From NCBI RefSeq assembly GCF_001194135.2, contig NC_068984.1:22522898-22577995 (forward strand): a DNA stretch of 55,098 nt, written 5' to 3'. Below the pieces are notes generated by a model that saw only the letters and a program-made list of their open reading frames with translations, did not search any database and was not told the DNA's origin. The DNA comes from Octopus bimaculoides (lineage: Eukaryota). The translations under genes were made by a program, and so were the position numbers. Positions 13,749 to 27,160 of this stretch are shown piece by piece. Positions within the stretch are counted from its first letter, which is position 1; every line of letters starts with the position of its first letter.

Positions 13749-14704
13749 GTTATTATTATTATTATTATTATTGTATTTTTCTCTCCGATACACACTTTCT
13801 TTGATCGATTTTCTTTGAGTGAAAAATAATAAACCCTATTATGAAAGAGGAATGTTAATAAAAATTTACACCGGTTTACGAAAATTGCCGGATCATTAAT
13901 TCCTGATGTATTATTCATGTTTTACTTATTTGTTATAGCTCTCGTTTTTTTTTTCTTTGTTTGTTTTGTTTTTATATTTTGTTAAACATGCATTTATGTG
14001 TAAACCAGAAGGGAACGAAAATTAATAAAGGATAAATATATGAAATATTTCGTTGCTAATCTATAAAAGGTTATGCGAGAATGTTATGCGTTGAAGTAGT
14101 ACCGATGTATTCAACACTGCGCCTTACACGTTCATTCACACATATACACACGCGTGTGTTCACGCGCAAACCATACACACATGCATTTATGTGTTGATAT
14201 ATATATACGTATGTGTGTGTGTGTGTNNNNNNNNNNNNNNNNNNNNNNNNNNNNNNNNNNNNNNNNNNNNNNNNNNNNNNNNNNNNTATATATATATATA
14301 TGCACACATGCATATACACTGTCGTCGTTTCAACGAATTTTTATTGAACAAGACATATCTGTACAGTGATCGTAGTTTAACGTTTTTGCAAAAAGTGTTG
14401 TGGTGTTGGTGTTGGTGATGGTGTTGGTGTTGGTGCTGGTGTCTTGGCTGGCTGATCAACCTGCATGATAAATATTATAGCGGGCATGGATTGTGCAAGC
14501 CAGCCTCACTCCCTCCTACTTCAAACTTTTATTGCTTTAGTGCAACAAGTGCTGCGAGCTCAGTAGTTGCAAGATGCAGGATTTGTACATACTTACTTTC
14601 TTTTGGATGAGTAGGTAAAGAGATGAAGAGATTCATCTACTCTGGGTCCTTTGAGGTGTTTGTGAATGATATTCTTCCGGAGGCAATTCTTTGACATACT
14701 AATT

Positions 14705-14835
14705 AACCCATAACTTTAAGAGGTGATGCTACTCCGGGTCAGAGTAGACCAAATAACGATAGGGCTAAGGAGTGGCTCTAAATTCCTAAAAATCCTGGAC
14801 ATCCTGAAGCAGGACTGCACTACTTGATGCGGTTT
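14705..14835 (+). mobile_element. Retroelement-derived interspersed repeat fragment
   Basis: ACTCCGGGTCAGAGTAGACC...GATGCGGTTTAAAGTCATATCCAGGA resembles an abundant repeat I recall from octopus DNA; single copy here, family not verified. Confidence 0.35.
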
Positions 14836-14836
14836 A

Positions 14837-15003
14837 AAGTCATATCCAGGACAAGCAAACATACATACATACATACATACATACATACATACATGCATGC
14901 ATGCATGGATGCATACATACATACATACATACATGCATGCATGCATGCATGCATGCATACATACATACATACATACATACATCCATACATATATACATAC
15001 ATA
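14837..15003. repeat. (CATA)n/(CATG)n tetranucleotide array
   Basis: Direct reading. Confidence 0.95.
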
Positions 15004-15009
15004 TATTGT

Positions 15010-15903
15010 CCAGCAATATACCGGTCATTATTTGTAAACGAATCGAAGACCTTCTGCAATTCACTCTGGATCTCGAGAACGGTATTAAAACGGCGACCTT
15101 TGAGCTGCATTTGAATCTTGAGGAAGAGATGAAAGCCCGCAGGTACTAAATCTGACAAATAGGGTGGGTGCAGGGACGCTACCATGTAAATTTTGACGAG
15201 AAACGTACGAATGAGGGTAGCTCGGTGACAGGGTGCATTGTCGCCGTGAAGAATCTAGCTTTTCGAGCTCCACAGATCCGATGCTTTTGCCGAATGTCCT
15301 ACTCCAGATATTTCAAAACATTGCAGTAGAATTCGCAATTGATAATCTGGCGAAAGGGAACGAATTTTCAAAGCACAATAGTGCAGCCATCGATAAAAAC
15401 GATGAGCATGTTTTTGATTGAGCATGGCTCTGTCGTACCGTCTTCGATCGTGGAGATGAAAGAGCTGCTGCGTCTCAGGATCGTACCAGTAGACCTAAAT
15501 CTCGTCATCGGTGATGATCCTCGGCACGAAGAATGGGATATCAGCGGTACGTTGACGGAAATTTTGACAGACTTCGACGCAATTTTCTTTCAGCTCAGTG
15601 ATCATCAGGTGAGGGACAAACTTGACAGATACACGCCGAATGTTCAAATCAGACGTTTGAATTTCCTGAACGGACAGATCAACAAAATCAGCAAAGTTGT
15701 TGTTTGTCCTTCAACGATCTTCATGTGCAAGCTGATGAATTTGCTCCACATTTCCTGAGGTGACTCTCGTGGCAGGTGTCCAAAATCGTTCATCGTCTTC
15801 CAGGGATGTCTTCCACTTCTGAAGCGCCCGTGGCACTCGAAACATTGCGTACGACCCATTGCCTTGTCATCTTAAGCTTGCCAAAGCACACTTGTTCCAA
15901 CTT
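15010..15903 (-). mobile_element. Mariner (DD34D-type) transposase pseudogene, both TIRs missing
   Basis: Minus-strand motifs MGRTQCFE.HGRFRSG, RIITDDEI*VYWYDPET (GDETW..YDPE), HPPYLSDLVPAGFHLF (HPPYSPDLAP.D) and LKGRRFNTV; frameshifts, stops and small deletions. Confidence 0.9.
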
Positions 15904-16431
15904 ATGAGTATTTTTGCCAAATTTGGTGAAAATTTTGTGGCGGTGTATTGAACAGATTTTAACCAAATTTGGCAAAAGTACTCATAACCCTAACCCTAAC
16001 CCTAACCCTAAAACCCTAACCCTAAAACCCTAACCCTAAAACCCTAACTCTAAAACCCGAACCCTAGCCCTAAAACCCTAAAGCAAAACCCAGTACAAAC
16101 GCACGAACGATGTCATAAATAACGGTACCGCCGATTGTTGTTGTTGACAAACAACAGTACTAACCTTATTCAAGAGAAAAGATCCCATTACACCGCTGGA
16201 ACTTGTTGTTTACATTCCACAGCAGTAAACGTTTTCACCTCAATAGACGTCAGTGATTGGTTGAAATTACCGAAATACGACAACTTTTAACATGAAATAA
16301 CTTCGAATATAAAATTTTTTCTCTGTTTTATAAGACAAAATATACAAGTATACGAAGTTTTAAAGTGTTTCGGTAGAAAGCAGACTAAATAAAACGTAAA
16401 TAAAGAATGGCGCCCGCTAAATCAGAAAGAT

Positions 16432-16433
<2 letters not shown>
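15902..16433. mobile_element. Unclassified putative non-autonomous element: hairpin + telomere-like array + unique body
   Basis: 26-bp inverted arms at 15902-15927 and 15962-15987 (25/26 match), TAACCC/TAAAACCC array 15985-16083, AGAAA(A)GATCC repeated at 16175-16185 and 16424-16433; ends at (TA)n. Confidence 0.5.
15985..16083. repeat. Interstitial telomere-like (TAACCC)n array with TAAAACCC variants
   Basis: Direct reading; TTAGGG is the ancestral metazoan telomere repeat. Confidence 0.9.
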
Positions 16434-16469
<36 letters not shown>

Positions 16470-16476
16470 TTATATA

Positions 16477-16507
<31 letters not shown>

Positions 16508-16603
16508 GTATATACATATACATACATACAAATATACATACATACATGCATGCTTGCATACATACATATACGTGCGTGCGTGTGCGTGTGTGTGTGCTTG
16601 TAC

Positions 16604-16647
<44 letters not shown>

Positions 16648-18570
16648 CACGTTGCAGGACTTGTCATGAAGTACCAGGTGAACAACCCCGACATCTTAAC
16701 GCACTAACAAAACATTTCTTTCAAATCGTTCATTATTTATTTTCTTTTGTTTGGAAAGAGGATTTTATTTTTCTCGGAAATGTGTAGGTTCATTTCATAA
16801 CCTATGCAAAATAATGAGATATATTTTTCTCTCTCTTCTATTGATTGACATTGTTTTGCTTACCTTCTCACCTGCAATACTCAAGTGTTTCTTGCAAACA
16901 TCTCATTATTTTTTTGTTCATGTCTTATCCATGAAAACCATCGTCAGTCAAATGCAAATATACAAAAGAAAACTTCATTTTTAGACGAAAATAGGTATAA
17001 AAGTGTCTTGTTGTATAACGTGGTAGCTTGTCAAGGACAAAGATTTGCAGGGGAAAAGTTCAATAAAATGGAAAAAAAGTTCCCGAACTTTTACCAATTG
17101 ACTGGCAACTCTTAAATGATTATATGCTGGGTTGTGTCGTGTATTCTATAAGAGTTCTCTGTAACAAAAGAATTCATTTTTATGTTGAAATTGTTGCCGG
17201 CCACAATATTGAATTTTAGAATGCTGATAAGAATCAGAATTTCCTGCCAAGACATTGATACTTAGTGGCTTTGGGCCCTAGGATAAAATCCATTTCCCAT
17301 AATTTTCTTAGCAGCAAATGCAGACCGAGAGAAAGAGCATACAATCTTCAAGAGAATGACATTGAATCTCTGATGTCCTGCCTGTTTTTTTCTATAACTA
17401 TAACCTCTAAGACTTTCTTTAAATCTCAGAGTAGACCGAGCACTGATCAACAAAATTGTTATTTTTTTCTCTTCAACGTCACCTTTAATGAACCCGTCCA
17501 TGATTTCTTCTGTACTATTAGCAAGAAAGAATTGAAACTGAACACTAAGCACACATTAACATTAAACATCTATTCCGTACTGATATATCTTGTCAGGAAT
17601 TCGACTGAAACGTTTGTTATTACTTCTCTTGACTGCTCTACGAAAATACCACAGCTTTTGCTTGTTACTGAATTAATGCTTGCCAATGTAGGCCACACTT
17701 AGTCTCTTCGAATTCTAATGATGATATTTAATAGACAGAGAAGAATAAAAGAGAGTGAGACACACTGAGCGAGAGGGAGAGAGCAAGAGAGAAAGAGAGA
17801 GATAGCGACAGATAGTGAGAAAGTGAGTGAGGTTGAAAAATCATAAAAAGAAATAGAAACGAATTCAGTTATGGAGCCATCAGGTAACTGACAAGTAGTT
17901 TTTGGTTGGTTTATTACTAGACGGGATCGAATCGTCTCGCACGAGAATTGATAGAGAAACGCTAACAATGAAATTTCTGGAATCTGCATATTCACTTGGC
18001 CCGTGTTCAAGTAAAAAAAGGTCTGCAGAATCATTCAGTGAGGCGTTTAATGTGCGAGTAAACAAGTTATAATAAGACAGTGGACTACTACTTTACATGG
18101 CACTGGTTGGTATCAATTACACACGTCAAGCTCATTACCTTTGTGAGTCAGGATAGTTTCGTCTTTTATGTGTTACATATGGAGAAGAGAGAGAAGGAAG
18201 AAATAAAGAAATAGCGAGAGATGGAGAGTGACGACGAGAGAGGGAGAGGATGAGTGAATGAGTGAAAGTGAGAAAAATGGAAATGTAGGCAAGTAGATGT
18301 ATGTAAAAGATGAAAGAATTAAATGTAGATGCAAATATGTATATGTATGTATGTCCATGTATATGTCTCTGAGTGTGTGCTTCTGTGTGTGTACATACAT
18401 ACTCACATATTATATATACACATTTATATATTATATATATACAAATACATACGTATGTGTGTGTGTGTATGTGTATGAATCCTCACATGCTTGAGTGCGA
18501 GCGCACACAAACACACTTTCATATGCATACATATATTTATCTGTACTTCGTTTCTCTCTCTTCTCATTCC

Positions 18571-18574
<4 letters not shown>

Positions 18575-18606
<32 letters not shown>

Positions 18607-18609
18607 CTC

Positions 18610-18700
<91 letters not shown>
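18575..18700. repeat. (CT)n microsatellite
   Basis: Direct reading. Confidence 0.95.
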
Positions 18701-18701
<1 letters not shown>

Positions 18702-20354
18702 AATGTCCCTAAATCTTTAAGTACCTCTCCAAATCTCTGTCTTAAGGTCTTTTTTGTCGAACTTAAAAGTTGTTTTGATTTAGGGCGGTAATATCGGATG
18801 AGGCAGAGAAGAATAGAAAAAGGTAAAGGATGATACACGAAGTTATAAAACATAGAAGGATAGAATATTAGGAGGAAAGAGAGAAATAGTTGGAGAGAGA
18901 GGAGTGAGGTAGAAACACACATAGAATGAAGGGAGAGAAATTAGTGAAAGTGTTGGGTACGGAATAGACAAAGCGATAAGTAATTAAAAAAGATAAGAGT
19001 AAAAACAGAAACTATAAAGGCTGATAGGAAATATTGAATATATGTCTACAATTAGATCAGTAGCCATGTGATTATATTAAAGCTCATCATCATAATAATT
19101 TAAAGCACAGAGAGAGAAGTTAACCCTTTCTCAGAGTCACTAGGAGCCTCTTTACCTTCTCTTGAAGCGAATATCATTTCATTACATCAAGAATTATGAT
19201 ATTTAATAATATACCTTATTTGTCATTCTTTATTGTCTAAATCTATGCTTTTGGCCACTCAGTTATTTCTTGCAGCACACCTTTTGTTCTAATAATGTTA
19301 ATGAATCTAAGCCATGCACGTTCTCTACATCTTTTTTCTTTCTTTGTGTATGTCTACATTTTATGTTTGTTGTAGTTAAGGTAGGTCAACTGTTGTGCTG
19401 ATGATGCCTTTCGAGACAGAAACTCGTATCCATAGCTCTCTTTTTATTTCCGGGGAAAATAGACTGTCTGTTCATTAACAATATGCCAGTCCTGAGAAAC
19501 TCGTGAGTTCCGATATTTTCTCTTCTTCTCACGCGGGATTAGTTATAAATGGAACAAAGCATTCGTTTATTTTTTCTCAAGGCAAAGAAAATTGAAGCAA
19601 ATCAAATTTTTTTCTTGTACGGCATTTAATAACCCTTTACCTGACTTTATTGTTCAAATTCATACTTTTGACTGCTTTGGGTTATTTCTCTTGCCTCTCT
19701 TTGTCTCAAAAGATTAGATGTTCAAGTACTTTACAATATATAATGCGCTCTTAGTGCTTTGATTTCAGAAATTACATCTTCTAACACAATAAAAAGTTGA
19801 TCCTACAGTGTTATAGGCATAGGATTCCTAGTACTGCATTAGTCAATATGTTTTATTTTTAAGAATATGTTAGCGATTCCACTTCAGTCATTTGCGAGAT
19901 AAAGAAGAACGTGGAAGTTCTCACGTGCATTCGTGTTATTTACCCGTTGTTATTTAGCCTTCCTTCTATAGATACCCGACAGTCATATGCTCAATAATAT
20001 TCCACTACTGACCATCGCACCGTTTGTTGAAACTTTATATTTTAAGATTAAATTATTTTCTGTAGCCTTCATTCTTTAAAACAGCGCATTATTGTTTAAA
20101 GGAGACTTGGTTGATATTTCCAGCTGATCGAGAGACAGCATAACTTTGTTCCGAGATTAGTAATTTATTGTGCTTAATGCAATCTTATATAACATTTATA
20201 CACTTACAACCATGTCAGAGGCATTGTTTTGAGCAAAATGCTAACATAAAATACTGTGGATATGCTCAGACACTAGAAAGTCGCATAAATGTATGACAGT
20301 ATTCAGATATTTTCAGTTGGAGGATTTCTTTTGGGATACAGTGAACGCGTTGCT

Positions 20355-20600
20355 GTCATTCTTTTCATGTTATCTCTGATAGTGAAAAAGTGCAGGCTTC
20401 GATTCGTGGAATGGAGGGTGAATTGTATCCTTGAGCAATGCACTTCATTTCAGTTTGTTCCAGTTTACTCAGCTGAAAGAAGTAACAGGTGAGTGCTGGT
20501 GCAATGCTCTCTCCCTCCAGCTGCTACAAACCGGATGTGCCACCCGGCAGAGATTGACAGTCACATAAAACAACTAACCAAAGTTTGGTACCTCTTACCA
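20355..20600 (+). mobile_element. SINE family C remnant
   Basis: ttgtatccttgagcaatgcacttcatttcag...ccagtttactcagctg aligns by eye to 11480-11520 and 44310-44365. Confidence 0.45.
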
Positions 20601-20744
20601 GGTCACATCCACTTGCGAGTGACGACTTTAGGCTGGAGTCCACCCCTGATTGAAAGGCATTGTAATCGTGACCATCACATAGCTTTGCATATCAGAGACT
20701 ACATTGTGCAATTTATTGCATCATATTTAAAAATATAATTTGCA

Positions 20745-20812
20745 ATTTGATAAAGATTTGGCAGCCTCTTCTACAAGATCGAACGATTATGAGGAGGCTC
20801 TTTCGTTAGCCT
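20745..20812 (+). repeat. Old interspersed repeat fragment (related copy ~46795-46855)
   Basis: Both share tcgaacga...gag.ctc..tcgttagcc. Confidence 0.4.
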
Positions 20813-22434
20813 GTCAGTATTTTAAACCCTAGAGATTGTTAAGGAAGACTTTGATCTTTAACCTACCAGAGTCAATAAATCGACAATCAGAAGGAAATGA
20901 GAGTAATGGAATCGATTATGCCGCTCGTCATTATAGCTGCTGAGTTATTCTGGTCTAATGCATGAAATCAATCCTTTTGGAATTTTTCGTAAGGAATTCA
21001 TGTTAATTAATTGAAGGTAAACACATTTAGCGTTAGAACATTTTAAAAGAATCAACGAAAAATCAAATATGTGATGAAATAAAATTAATATTTGTTCATA
21101 ATATGCATAACTATTAATATTTTTTCATAGTCAAACACAGGAGAGAACTGGGAGCGGGTTTTAACTTCTCTGACTTCCATCAGGAGGAAAAAGCTTAGCG
21201 TTTGTATCCTACTATTACTGCAGGTGGCTTTGCTTGTATTATTCCTATAACCAGGAATAACTTCACTTTCTCTGATTCGGTTGGAGTCCACTTTGGTATT
21301 GTATTTTCTGGTAGAGTCTATTGAAATACTTTACTGCTATGACTGCTTCCTATTGCCTTACAAAAATGCGGAGGACTTACTAGAAGTATTAGAAATATTA
21401 GCAGAATACTAACAGTATTTACCTTGCTGTTTCACTCTTCTAATCTTCATAGATTCTTAAGTCGATATACGTAATTTTCCAAAAATATTAGTGTAAAAAT
21501 ATATTTATTGTTGACAGGGTAAAGTGTATTTTTGTCAACTAAAGGAGGAAACCTTTAAATCGCACTACTAGGTAATACATTGCATCTACAAGAGATCATT
21601 AAGTTCTGTTCACCTAGTAAACTTAACTATAAATTCCAGAAAGTTATTTATTATACACAAAGGGAGCACTGTATAAATTAATTTGTTTCTTAGATAGACA
21701 GGCAGCCGACATGACGGCGGTCGTTCGTGCAATCTAATTAAGAATATATATTCGAAACTGTTGATCGTTGTTGTTTTCTTGTTGTTTAGTCCCATAACAG
21801 CTGTGATCGCGTAGAGCTATGGTTACAAGAGCCATACATTCATTTCTTATTTCTATTGTTACAAAAGCCATACATTCATTTCCTTTTTTTTTCTTTTCTG
21901 ACACAGTACTACGTTATTCAATGCCTGCTTTCTTTACCAAATTTGGTAATGTGAAATTTGAAAAATCCGTTGCTGTCAGTTCGAACGACAATAAAAGATG
22001 TTTTATCGTTGGCTTGTATATTTCACCGATTTATGTAGTAGCATCAAAGTGAAGCTGACAAGTGTATTACCCTGAGGTTAATATTTCTTTCAGTTTCATC
22101 TTCCGGCATGGTCATGAAGACGCAAGGTATAGCTGACACTATTTATATATGACCAGGTGAATCAAAATACTATTCATGAGAGCAACCTTGATGTAAGTCC
22201 AGGTTTGCTATGTAATGCTGTTCATTCGCCTTCATTTGTGCTTAGATTTCATTAAAAGCTGATCAGTCCTACTTTCAGAGCTGCTTTTTTCTTCAAGGAT
22301 ACGCTAGCCTTCATTTGATTGGTTGCTGATTTTTACAAGAGCAGTCACCATTCTTGTATATACTTAAGACATCTGGCAATTTAGTAAGATATTGATATTC
22401 TAGGAATTCAGATTATACAAATCCTACCATTAAA

Positions 22435-22471
22435 GATGCATGGTCAGATTATGCAAATCTGACCATGCATC
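22435..22471. repeat. Perfect hairpin: 16-bp arms, 5-nt loop
   Basis: GATGCATGGTCAGATT-ATGCA-AATCTGACCATGCATC. Confidence 0.9.
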
Positions 22472-24039
22472 GTTGCTCTGTTTAATTCCGACTGCAACAT
22501 TTGTAACTCCTTAAGAGTGGTTCCCTTCAAAACGTATGCTATTGATACAAGTGATCCAGCTATCATGCATGTCTCTTGAAGCCTTCTCGAAACCTCCCAC
22601 TATCATCCCTATGTGTTTGCTTGCACTGTTGGTTTATGAGGAATCTCCGAGAACCATTTTCGCCATATTCGCTCTATGAAGACACATCTACGCTTGAGCT
22701 CCTCGCTGTCGGTTTTGAACAAATCAAACTTCCTTTAGACTAGGATAAGCTTGTAGAACATGAAGGGAAGTGAAATCTGACGGATCAAGTCTGTTGCTCT
22801 GTGCCAGAGAGAGAGTGGAATGTAAGAAGGATTCAAGTAAGTTGAAAACGGTTTTCTCTTTCTTAGACGAAGGAACAACTTTCAAACGGTAGATTATTAT
22901 TCTTCGCGCAACAAACCAACTTATCCAAAGTATCCAAAGTCACTGTAAACTTTTTGGCGACACCTATTTTAATGTTATTGTTGATTAATCTGTCTCCTAT
23001 GACAGAATCTGATTCCAACTCCATAGTATGGAGAAAAATCATAGTGCTTCTGTGATTACTTTTCAACAATATTTATCCGCCTGATTAGTTTAAATCTTAT
23101 TTTCGTCATCACGTTAGGTTTCCTTTCATTTGGCTTAGATTAATCTCATCTACAACTGCATCATAATCCACGGGCTGCTGACAGCATTAGGGATACTGTT
23201 GTGAAATGTGTCCCAGACACAATTATAAACATGTCACCGTTCATTTTGTTTGTTTAGTTAATGTTTACACATTGTCCTCAATCATTTTCAGTATATTTGA
23301 TGTTTAGACATATCTCTTCACAATAATCGTCCAAGAACTAATGTGGATTTATAGTGTGATTAAGTAAAAGATGATATTTGGATATCCTTCATTATAACAT
23401 ATTGCAAGAAAATGCTTGGAGATAATGTTATTCCGTTCAGACGATAACTTTAAAAAGCTGCATCAATTTACGATGATTCACAATTCTTATTTGTTTTCAT
23501 ATATACTTTAACAACTTTCCGAAAACTGATTTTCTCTTTCTTATCAGCATGTGGTTGCTCCATATTGCTGACACCTGAGATATTCTATAATTAATTAATT
23601 GTTTCTCTATTTCGATAGGTTTTGTTAGTGTGAGAGGAGAAAAATATCAACAGTTTTGGACAAAAACATTTCTACTCCTCAGTACATCCAAATACATTAG
23701 CACCGTTAAATATGCTTTCGATTGTCTACATGATCCTTCACCAGTTCACCTTTTTGGATTTTTTTTTTTTTTTCGATTTTATACCGTTCTGAAATTCATT
23801 CTGAAATATATAATTCATCAACACAAAGATGTAATTTTATAAGTTATGTCAACAACGTGGAAGGCTAAATTTAAACATTTTTCCTTCTTACATTCTTCAT
23901 GCTATTTTACTGGAGTTGAAATTATGACAACCGCTAGTAGGCTTGCTACCTGGTTTATTATCAATTTCGATTTGTCTTTATTTGAATGTATCTTTTTCTT
24001 CCAGCTTCGAGTACAGATCTGCTTTGAATCAATGTCGGA

Positions 24040-24200
24040 TATAATTTATCTGGATAACCTTGAGCATTATTGCTAAAGCCAGAAAATACAGAGGACGGGG
24101 TACAAAATGTGAGCTTTGTATTACTGAACATCATCCAGCCAAAAGATAGCATCTTAAATATTAGGGATGAAATCTCTTTTTGCATGCATTAGCAATATTT
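24040..24200 (+). mobile_element. Penelope-like element, GIY-YIG C-terminal remnant
   Basis: ITLSIIAKARKYRGRGTKCELCITE, then after a frameshift IIQPKDSILNIRDEISFCMH; resembles the PLE C-terminal CxLC..EK...LN.R.E...C.H pattern. Confidence 0.5.
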
Positions 24201-25109
24201 TACACTCCGACATTTCAAAGAGGAACCATCTCCTACTCCGCCGATCCTACCAGGATAGGTTTTTCCTCTGAACGAGAACATTAAACATTACACCATAAGA
24301 ACTCCACACACAGAAAACGCATGCCCTCATGATAGACTCCCCCAATACACAAAACAAACGAAAATTACATATACCCAGGATATCACATAATATATACAAA
24401 CTTATCATTCAGGAGATTCTTTTCCAAGAGTGAAACCCAGGGGAGATAATAATCCAAGAAGTGCTCCTCAAAAGTCGTCTCCCTTAATTTCTTGGTTTTG
24501 TTTACCAAAACATCTCATGAATTCTTGTTTTCTTTCTTGTTTTAATCCAAAATGAAGACGAACAAACATTTCTGTATGCGATCGGCTGGAAGAACTGTTA
24601 AGTTATTTTCTTCACATGAAAATAACTTAACGTACGTTTCATGTACGTACGTTTCATGTATGTTTGTATAGATAGTTTAATGTACACAGTATATTATGAT
24701 AAACACGAGTGTATGTCATTTGTTTCCGTTTTGTTAGTATGGAACCTCTGCACTGAATGTCCCAACTACGATTGGGCACGAAGAATCATCAGGGAAGCAT
24801 TTTATTGTACTATGTTTGAGAGATCAAATTTGAGTTGTGTCACATAACGCCAAGATGTGTTTCTTGATAACCAACTGTGGTTTTAAAAACCACCACAACG
24901 GTGAAACGTTAGTAAGAATAAATTATACACAGTTGTGATCATCATTTTTTTCTCCTCTGTATATCATAACCAGTACGGCTATTGAGTATAGCACTAACCA
25001 ACTCAGTATACTGGAAGCAGACTAGGTAATAAGAATCTGTATCGAGCGCTAAATTTAACAGTAACAGTCGTACCGACAGGATATATCTACCTATCTGGCT
25101 GTCTTCCTC

Positions 25110-25154
<45 letters not shown>

Positions 25155-25176
25155 ACATACATACATACATACATAT

Positions 25177-25225
<49 letters not shown>

Positions 25226-25246
25226 GCGTGTGTGTATTTGTACATG

Positions 25247-25296
<50 letters not shown>

Positions 25297-27019
25297 TTTT
25301 AACGCACACACACACACTCACACATAATAGTATAAGTTGGTCTAGACAGTATCTTACTTCTCCGGATTTTCAACTGCCGTTTCAGAGTTTCATTAGACAA
25401 GTTATGACTGGAGATTATTTTAAATAATACACATAGATATCTTTAACCATACGTAATTGTATTTTATATTATTTAGTAACACTAGCAAATCGAGAATTTA
25501 CCCAACTCTCTTGTCTGTCCCAACACAACCTCAAAATTAATAAAACTTATTCTGCTTTAAACGACTTTTCTTCTATAGATTACCTCTTGTTGTCTGTACT
25601 TTTCTATGCCTTCCCAAGATACGGCGGTTCACCGTCTGCAGAATATTTCGTTCGAAATTCTGTGACTGAGCAAGATTAAAGAGAAAAAGTAATTTGTAAC
25701 GTTTCTTTCACTGATATCTATATTTCTGGAATTAAGTGATCTTCAAATCAAAAGTAGCCACAACATTTCTTTTATATTAATGTATTATCCTGAAACACAT
25801 TTCCTGACATAGAAATATAAATAGTAGAAATAATACAAGAAGTAAAAATGGTGGACAGAAATATTGATTTCCGACTTAGGTTCAGATCCACACATTTATC
25901 GAAGAAAACGAATATACGACGAGGCGGTCATGCATTCTTTTATAGCATCAATCGTAAAAGCGACTTAAACAAAAATCAAAAATGTGCACCCAGTAGAGCT
26001 CACTCAGAACTTTTATCTCTTCTGCTACATCGATCACCTATTCTATTCAAAATAGTCACCTATATATANNNNNNNNNNNNNNNNNNNNNNNNNNNNNNNN
26101 NNNNNNNNNNNNNNNNNNNNNNNNNNNNNNNNNNNNNNNNNNNNNNNNNNNNNNNNNNNNNNNNNNNNNNNNNNNNNNNNNNNNNNNNNNNNNNNNNNNN
26201 NNNNNNNNNNNNNNNNNNNNNNNNNNNNNNNNNNNNNNNNNNNNNNNNNNNNNNNNNNNNNNNNNNNNNNNNNNNNNNNNNNNNNNNNNNNNNNNNNNNN
26301 NNNNNNNNNNNNNNNNNNNNNNNNNNNNNNNNNNNNNNNNNNNNNNNNNNNNNNNNNNNNNNNNNNNNNNNNNNNNNNNNNNNNNNNNNNNNNNNNNNNN
26401 NNNNNNNNNNNNNNNNNNNNNNNNNNNNNNNNNNNNNNNNNNNNNNNNNNNNNNNNNNNNNNNNNNNNNNNNNNNNNNNNNNNNNNNNNNNNNNNNNNNN
26501 NNNNNNNNNNNNNNNNNNNNNNNNNNNNNNNNNNNNNNNNNNNNNNNNNNNNNNNNNNNNNNNNNNNNNNNNNNNNNNNNNNNNNNNNNNNNNNNNNNNN
26601 NNNNNNNNNNNNNNNNNNNNNNNNNNNNNNNNNNNNNNNNNNNNNNNNNNNNNNNNNNNNNNNNNNNNNNNNNNNNNNNNNNNNNNNNNNNNNNNNNNNN
26701 NNNNNNNNNNNNNNNNNNNNNNNNNNNNNNNNTATATATATATATATTTGCTTCATTTTTCATCTTCGACTTCATTGTTGTAGTTTAGGTTAGGCATCTC
26801 GGATACGAAACATCGTACCAAAATCAGTTCCAGCTATAATTTCTATAGAAAATCTGTAGAGACACCCCGAACAAGTGATGTAAGAGCACTGCTAACACAC
26901 CAGAACACGGTATTGATTTATATAACCGTTTAATATACTTTATAGTACATTATGGTTGCTTAACGAAATAAGGTGTCGTTACAGGTCAATAATATATATA
27001 TATATCTTTGTGTGTCTTT

Positions 27020-27160
27020 TCCGAACAGGGCTTGACAACCGGTGTCCGTGTATTTACATGGCGTGTAAACTAGCGGTTCGGCAAAATTGAACGATGCAAT
27101 AAATGCTAGGCTGGAGTTGATTAAGCCCTTCTAGCCTATGTCAATGACCACAGTTCAATG
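27020..27160 (+). mobile_element. SINE family B 3' remnant
   Basis: cttgacaaccg...tagcggttcggcaaaa matches 42385-42440. Confidence 0.6.

Noticed and set aside
19119-21350. Possible piggyBac remnant (TTAACCCT at ~19120; WTPTESEKVKLFL and KRCRE-like snippets on minus)
   Set aside because: No DDD-core motifs or matching opposite TIR found; resemblance too weak.
22094-22126. 33-nt plus-strand micro-exon candidate (could read FIFRHGHEDA)
   Set aside because: Does not complete the RHGxRxP acid-phosphatase motif and has no supporting neighbouring exons.
22816-22834. miR-1-like TGGAATGTAAGAAG (also 11 nt on minus at ~16208-16218)
   Set aside because: Imperfect match with no complementary hairpin arm.
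26040-26062. Minus-strand GDYFE* resembling a mariner C-terminus next to a gap; similar FEG snippet at ~22520-22545
   Set aside because: Too short to call, with no clear TIR or further transposase motifs.
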